Source: an uncultured Acidimicrobiia bacterium
Lineage (GTDB): Bacteria; Actinomycetota; Acidimicrobiia; IMCC26256; JAENVU01
Direction: 5' to 3'
Assembly: GCA_963770095.1 (NCBI GenBank)
Contig: CAVYOO010000003.1
Coordinates: forward strand, 432,681 to 496,680
DNA: 64,000 nucleotides
Shown here: positions 58,796 to 64,000 of the stretch, piece after piece
Numbering within the stretch: the first letter of the stretch is position 1
How the letters are laid out: each line of letters opens with the position of its first letter
Notes under the pieces: generated by a model
What the model was told of the DNA's origin: nothing
Databases searched by the model: none
What the model saw: only the letters and a program-made list of their open reading frames with translations
Translations under genes and position numbers: made by a program

Positions 58796-59359
58796 ATGAG
58801 CGACTCGAGCATCGGCCCCGGCGGGCCGCGCGGCGACAAGACCCGAACCGGAAAAGGTGTGGGCTTCGGTCGCAGCGTCGCGTTCTCCGCGGCACGTGGC
58901 GCGCTGCTGATCGGTGTCGCAGTCATCATCGGCATCGTGCTGCTGCAGGTGATCGACGACGGGACGAGCGGTCCCATCGGTGACGGCAGCTCGGTCGGCG
59001 CGGGTGGAACCACCGACACGACCGGGGCGACGGGTGACTCCGGCGCGACGACTACGACGACCGCGGCGACTCCGGTGAAGCCGCCCGCCGAAGTCGCGGT
59101 GTTGGTCCTGAACGGCTCCGGTCGCCCGGGTGCCGCGACGTCGCAGAGCAACGCATTGAAGTCGAAGGGCTACCAGACCCTGGTTCCGGCCGATGCGCCC
59201 GAACGCACGGGCAACATCGTGTACTTCAAGCCCGGCCTGGACCGGGAATGCACGACGGTCGCGGCCTCGGTCGACGGCGCGCCGAAGGTGGAACCGATCC
59301 CGAGTCCCGCGCCGACCGGGAGCGAGACCGCCAGCTGCGTCGTCATCCTCGGCACGTAG
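58796..59359 (+). CDS. LytR_C-domain membrane protein
   Basis: ATG 58796. N-terminal TM ALLIGVAVIIGIVLL, a Gly/Thr-rich linker, and C-terminal VLVLNGSGRPGAATSQSNALKSKGY...NIVYFKPG typical of LytR C-terminal domains. Confidence 0.7.
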   Translation: MSDSSIGPGGPRGDKTRTGKGVGFGRSVAFSAARGALLIGVAVIIGIVLLQVIDDGTSGPIGDGSSVGAGGTTDTTGATGDSGATTTTTAATPVKPPAEVAVLVLNGSGRPGAATSQSNALKSKGYQTLVPADAPERTGNIVYFKPGLDRECTTVAASVDGAPKVEPIPSPAPTGSETASCVVILGT

Positions 59360-59374
59360 CGCGCGCCCGCCGCC

Positions 59375-60157
59375 GTGCCTGCCGCGCTTGACCCCCTGGT
59401 CGAGCACGCATCGCGTGCCGCGCTGCTCGTCGATTTCGACGGCTCGCTCTCACCGATCGTCGACGATCCCGACGCCGCGCGAGTGTTGCCCGCCGCCCGA
59501 GCCGCCCTTGCCGCGCTCGTCGGCCACGTCGGCCGAATCGCGGTGGTGAGTGGGCGCCCGGTCGGCTTCCTGCGGGGGGCGCTCGGCATCGACGACGTTG
59601 GGTACTTCGGCCAGTACGGGGTGCAGCGATGGGATGGCGAACGGGTCGTCACCGACCCGAGGGTCGAGCCCTTCATGGTGGTGGTCGAGAACGTCGCGGC
59701 CGCCGCGATCAGCGAGCTGCCCGACGTCCGGGTCGAGCGCAAGGACGGGGTGGCCGTGGTGCTCCATTGGCGCACCCGGCCGGAGCTCGCGGACCAGATC
59801 CAGGCGTGGGCCGGCCGGGCGGCGCAGGAATCCGGGCTCGAGACGCATCCGGCGAAGATGGCGATCGAGCTGCGTCCGCCGGTCCCGATGGACAAGGGCG
59901 GCGTGGTGGAGGAGCTGTGCGCCGGTCTCGAAGCCGCGGCATTCGCCGGCGACGACGCGGGTGACCTCACGGCGTTCGACGCGCTCGACCGCCTGACCGC
60001 ATCCGGTCGTCTTGGTCATGCGGTACGGATCGGCGTGGAGTCGTCTGAAGCGCCACGCGCGCTGATGGCGCGCGCCGACATTCGGGTTGACGGACCGGCC
60101 GGGCTCGCGGTGCTCCTCACGGAGCTCGGCGCGCGGATTAGGCGTGCGCCGCCCTGA
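59375..60157 (+). CDS. otsB: Trehalose-6-phosphate phosphatase
   Basis: LLVDFDGSLSPIVDDP (HAD DxDxT/S), VVSGRP, FAGDDAGD. Confidence 0.85.
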   Translation: MPAALDPLVEHASRAALLVDFDGSLSPIVDDPDAARVLPAARAALAALVGHVGRIAVVSGRPVGFLRGALGIDDVGYFGQYGVQRWDGERVVTDPRVEPFMVVVENVAAAAISELPDVRVERKDGVAVVLHWRTRPELADQIQAWAGRAAQESGLETHPAKMAIELRPPVPMDKGGVVEELCAGLEAAAFAGDDAGDLTAFDALDRLTASGRLGHAVRIGVESSEAPRALMARADIRVDGPAGLAVLLTELGARIRRAPP

Positions 60158-61512
60158 GCTGGGTCTCGAGCCAATCGGCTGGTGGGTTCGCCCGCGCGTG
60201 GGCGCGCAGCTCGGCGGCCCGGCGCGCTCGTTCGACCGGGTCCATCACCAACGCCTCGTGCATCACGGCGGCCGTCTGCACGAGATCGAAGGGTTGTACC
60301 GTCAGGCACGCGTGGTGCAGCTCGTCGTGCGCACCCGCTTCGCGCGAGAGGCACAGGACACCGTCGTGCCGGTTGGCGAGCGGACCCTCCAAGGCGATGA
60401 GGTTCAAGCCGTCGCGCACGGGATTGACGAGCAGGACGTCGCTGCACGCCAGACCGGCGAGCGAGCGCGGGTAGTCGTCGCGCTGGTCGAGGATGACCGG
60501 CTCCCACCCCGCCGTCCCCCAGCGTTCGTTCACCTGGGCCGCGGCCTGCTCGACCTCGTTGCGGTACGCGAGGTACTCGGGCAGGGACTCGCGTGACGGG
60601 TTGAGGAGCGCCGCGAAGATCACTCGCTCGCGCAGCTCCGGGTGCTCTTCGAGCAGGAGGTCGTACGCGAGGAACCCGCGCACGATGTTCTTGGACAGCT
60701 CCATCCGATCGATTCGCACGATCAGCTGCCGGTCGCCCACCCGATCTTGTAGCCGCGCGATCTCGGCGTCGACCGTCGGGGTGTTGATCTCCGATGCGAG
60801 CACGGCTGGATCGGGCCCGAACGACGCCGCGAACGTGTGACCGATCGCCGCGTCGGAGCCGAGCACCTCGCGGGCGGAGGCGCGAAACGCGCGGGCCCAG
60901 CGTTCGGTGTGGAACCCGGTGGTGCAGCTCGCCATCGAGGAGCAGATCGCGTGCGCGACGTACTCCGGGAGCACGCGGACGGAGCTGGGCCCGCAGAACG
61001 GGGTGTGGGTGAAGTGGACGACGTGCAGGTCCGGGCGACCCTGCCGCACCATCTGGGGCACCAGCGTGAGCTGGTAGTCCTGCACGAGCACGCTGTCGCC
61101 GTCCGCCGCACTCTCGATGACCGCATCCGCGAACGAACGGTTCACCGAGACGTAGCCCTCCCACGCCTCGCGGAACCGGCGGTCGAACCGGGGCCGCCGG
61201 GTCAGGTCGAAGAGCCCGTGGTGGAGCAGCCAGAGGACGCCGTTGGAGACGACGTCGTAGTGCAGCCGCGAGGTGTCCGGATCGAGCGCGAGGAGCTGCG
61301 CGTGCACGCCCCCCGTCGGAGTCGGTACCCCGGCCGCGACGGCCGCCCGGTCGTCCTCACCGATCGCGGCGGCGATCCAGGTCGCGTCCGTCGCGTCGAC
61401 CGAGCAGCGGCATCAGTGCGGACACGACGCCACCGGCACCGCGGTGGGCGGAGAACGTGCCGTCCTCGTTGCGGGCGAACTTGAACGGCCCGCGGTTGGA
61501 GACAACGATCAC
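60138..61512 (-). CDS. otsA: Alpha,alpha-trehalose-phosphate synthase, one frameshift as given
   Basis: N-terminus (GTG at 61510-61512, minus strand) VIVVSNRGPFKFARNEDGTFSAHRGAGGVVSALMPLLG. After a switch at about 61398 it continues DATDATWIAAAIGEDD...VHAQLLALDPDTSRLHYDVVSNGVLWLLHH... (ORF 60138-61307). Confidence 0.85.
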
Positions 61513-61520
61513 AGCGCCGG

Positions 61521-62775
61521 CTAACCGTTGATCGTGCCGAAGAGCCGGAGCCAGTCCTCGAGCTCACGGGTCGACAGGAAGTTCGCCCGGACGTGCTCCT
61601 TGCCCGCTCTTGCCCATGGCGTCGGCCCGCTCGGGGTCGGCGAGCAGCTCGATCGTGCGGTCGGCACATTCCTCGACCGAGTCGACGAGGTAGCCGTCCT
61701 GGCCGTCCCGGATCTGCAGCACGATCCCGCCGGCCCGTCCACCGATGACGGGCCGGCGCTTCCAGAGCCCTTCGGCGACCGTGAGCCCGAACCCCTCACG
61801 CAGGGACTTCTGGATCACGACGTCGGCGGCCCGCTGGAACGCGTTGATCTGCACGTTGCCGACCTGCTGGATGTTCGACAGCAGGTGGATGTCGCGGTCG
61901 TCGGCCCGCGCGGCCTCGACCTGCTCCCAGACCTGGAAGCCCTCGGGGTCGTCGGTGGCCATCGAACCGGCGAGCACGAGCTGGGCATCGGGCACGGCCT
62001 CCCGTACCTTCTTGAACGCCTCGATCACCCCGACCGGGTCCTTCCACGGGTCGTACCGGCTCACCTGGCAGACGATCGGCCGGTTCGTGTCGATCCCGTA
62101 CTGCTTGCAGATCTCGTCGGACGAACGGGTCCGGGAGCTCGAGGTTCTTCACCGACAGCGGGTCGATGCACGGCGGCGCGGTGGTGACGTTGTCCATCGA
62201 TGAGCGAGTCGGGGATGAACTGGTCCATCGTCCAGACGGACGCGTCGTAGCGCTCGACGTACGGACGGAAGAACTCCCAGACGTCCTCGCGGGCGTCGGT
62301 CAGGTCGATGTGGCAGCGCCACATCCACTTCGTCTCGGGCCGGTTGACGCTGGAGTACCCGATGAACGTGAGCAACGCCGCGGGCTGGGGGTCGTGCACG
62401 ATGACGTAGTCCCACTCGCCGTCGAGCAGCAAGGCGTTCTCGAGCACCTTCTCGAGGTACACCTTCTGCATCTGAGCGTCCCACGGCGACGTCCGCGCCC
62501 TGCAGCGCGTTGTGCACCGACTTGGTGACCGCGAAGAACTCGTCGCTCCCGTGGATGACCTGCCACTCGGCCTCGATGCCGAGGCTACGCAGGAGCGGGA
62601 CGTGGGTCGCGAGGAGCTCGGCCACACCGCCGCCGTAGGCCGTGGCATTGATGTGGAGGACGCGCGCCCCCCGGAACGGCTCCGCCAGCGCCCGGATGCG
62701 CTCGATCGCCTCGACTCCGGCGATCTCCTCGTAGTCAGCCAGCTCCTTTTCGAGAAGCGGGACGCGTTCGAGCAT
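61521..62775 (-). pseudogene. treT: TreT-type trehalose synthase (GT4 glycosyltransferase), four frameshifts
   Basis: GAGGAA Shine-Dalgarno before the ATG at 62773-62775 (minus strand). The pieces are HINATAYGGGVAELLATHVPLLRSLGIEAEWQVIHGSDEFFAVTKSVHNALQG / DAQMQKVYLEKV...VIVHDPQPAAL...WMWRCHIDL / NVTTAPPCIDPLSVKNLEL / EICKQYGIDTNRPIVCQVSRYDPWKDP...REGFGLTVAEGLWKRRPVIGG / AGKEHVRANFLSTRELEDWLRLFGTING*. They are collinear with archaeal/bacterial TreT. Switches at about 62490, 62200, 62120 and 61608. Confidence 0.8.
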
Positions 62776-62822
62776 GTGGGAGTTCCTCACGAGGGGTCGG
62801 GGACGAGTTCAATCTATCCAGG

Positions 62823-63865
62823 ATGAATGCCCATGCTGTCGCTTGTCCGGACAAGTTCCGCGGATCGCTCGATGCGGCGTCGGCCGCGGCCGCGATGGCG
62901 CGAGGCCTCCGCACGGCGGGATTCGAGGATGTGGCCGAGGTTCCGTTGGCCGATGGGGGCGAGGGAACGCTCGATGCGTTGCTCGCGGCGCGTGGGGGAT
63001 CGCGCCGTCACGTGCCGGTCACCGGTCCGCTCGGTGGCGAGGTCGACGCGGTCTGGGGCCGGCTCTCCGACGGCACCGCCGTCATCGAGATGGCCCGCGC
63101 GAGTGGGCTCGCACTTGTCGAGGGCCGCAAGGATCCACTGCGCTCGAGCACGCGGGGAACCGGTGAGCTGATCGCGGCCACGCGGCGCGTGCAGGCGCGA
63201 CGCGCATCGTCGTCTGCGTCGGTGGCAGCGCATCGACCGATGGAGGGTTGGCCGCAGTCGAGGCGCTCGGCTGGTCGCTCGCCGGGCTCGACGTGGTCGT
63301 TGCGTGCGACGTGGGCACGACGTTCACGGCCGCGGCGGAGGTGTACGGCCCGCAGAAGGGCGCATCGACCGCGCAGGTTGCGCTGCTCACGCGTCGGCTC
63401 GAGCAACTGGTCGGCGTCTACCGGCAGCGCACGGGGGTCGACGTTGCCGCGCTGGAGGGAGGTGGCGCGGCCGGCGGCCTCGCGGGCGGTCTCGCGGCGC
63501 TGGGTGCGCGGCTCGAGCCGGGGTTCGAAGTCGTCGCGCAGGCGGCGGGACTGGATGCGGCGTTCGACGGTGCAGAGCTGGTCCTGACCGGTGAAGGCAA
63601 GCTCGACGTGACGAGCTTCGAGGGCAAGGTCGTCGGCGGCGTGCTCGAGTGGGCGGCCGATGCCGGGGTCCCACACCGTGCCGTGATCGTGGGCCAAGCC
63701 ACCGACGCGGCTCGTGAAGAGGCGAGCGTGCTCGGCGACGTACAGGTGCTCGCGCTGACGGACCGGGTGTGGCAGGCCGGCGAAGCCTTCGCCCGGGCTG
63801 CGATCCTGGTCGAGGAAGCCGCGGTCGAAGCCGGCCGCCGTGCCCTCGGCCGCCCCTTCCCCTGA
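62823..63865 (+). CDS. glxK: Glycerate kinase, one frameshift as given
   Basis: VACPDKFRGSL, PLADGGEGTLDAL, STRGTGELIAA (frame 0). After about 63180 it continues AARAGATRIVVCVGGSASTDGGLAAVEAL...LVLTGEGKLDVTSFEGKV (ORF 63248-63865). Confidence 0.82.
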
Positions 63866-63913
63866 TTTTGGCGCCACTTGCATTGCGCTGCGCGCGTGTA
63901 AATGGCGCCAAAA
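63865..63913. terminator. Hairpin / inverted repeat between convergent genes
   Basis: TTTTGGCGCCA (63865-63875) and TGGCGCCAAAA (63903-63913) are perfect reverse complements; 27-nt loop. It starts on the last nucleotide of the glxK stop codon (TGA 63863-63865). Confidence 0.45.
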
Positions 63914-63929
63914 CGACGAGGGGAGGGGG

Positions 63930-64000
63930 TTAGGCGGTCAATTCGCGGCCGTGCTTGCGCTGGTATGCGGGGATGGTGTCGATCGGTGGGCGCTCGCGAA
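63930..64000 (-). CDS. 3' end of an unidentified minus-strand gene (runs off the window)
   Basis: Minus-strand frame reads ...RERPPIDTIPAYQRKHGRELTA* with the stop at 63930-63932. Too short to assign. Confidence 0.3.
   Translation of the reverse strand, partial: RERPPIDTIPAYQRKHGRELTA

Overview
Very GC-rich, actinobacterial-type chromosomal window. It is almost entirely the conserved housekeeping block known from Mycobacterium and relatives, and I found no CRISPR array, transposase, integrase, phage genes or recognisable defence or toxin system.

Gene order:
- K+ and ion genes: trkA, two APC-type permeases, H+-PPase, kdpFABCDE.
- topA-tmk-holB and tRNA-Thr.
- sigH-rshA.
- tilS-hpt-ftsH-folE-folP-folB-folK-panC-(nadB-nadC)-coaX-lysS.
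- clpC, radA-disA, crp, carD-(PIN/TRAM)-ispD-ispF-cysS-rlmB and a second tRNA-Thr.
- A trehalose locus (otsB, otsA, treT) and glycerate kinase.

The most striking feature is a very uneven distribution of 1-2 nt indels that break otherwise well-conserved reading frames.
- kdpA(3' end)-kdpB-kdpC-kdpD-kdpE (about 9.65-15.8 kb) needs at least two dozen frame switches.
- treT needs four and a GFA-family gene needs two.
- Single or double shifts hit ftsH, clpC, radA, tilS, trkA, otsA, glxK and a hydrolase-cyclase gene.
- By contrast, 16-22.5 kb and 31.8-45.0 kb contain none.
- From the sequence alone I cannot tell local gene decay from local assembly or read error.

The candidates for new biology are modest:
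- A dual-specificity-phosphatase-like protein with Ser in place of the catalytic Cys, inserted between folP and folB.
- Two tandem kinase-less KdpD-like (DUF4118 plus GAF-like) membrane proteins and an extra small membrane ORF translationally coupled to kdpF.
- A CarD with a histone-H1-like Lys/Ala/Pro tail.
- nadB-nadC sitting where panD normally lies.

I do not see a clear, self-contained undescribed multi-gene system.
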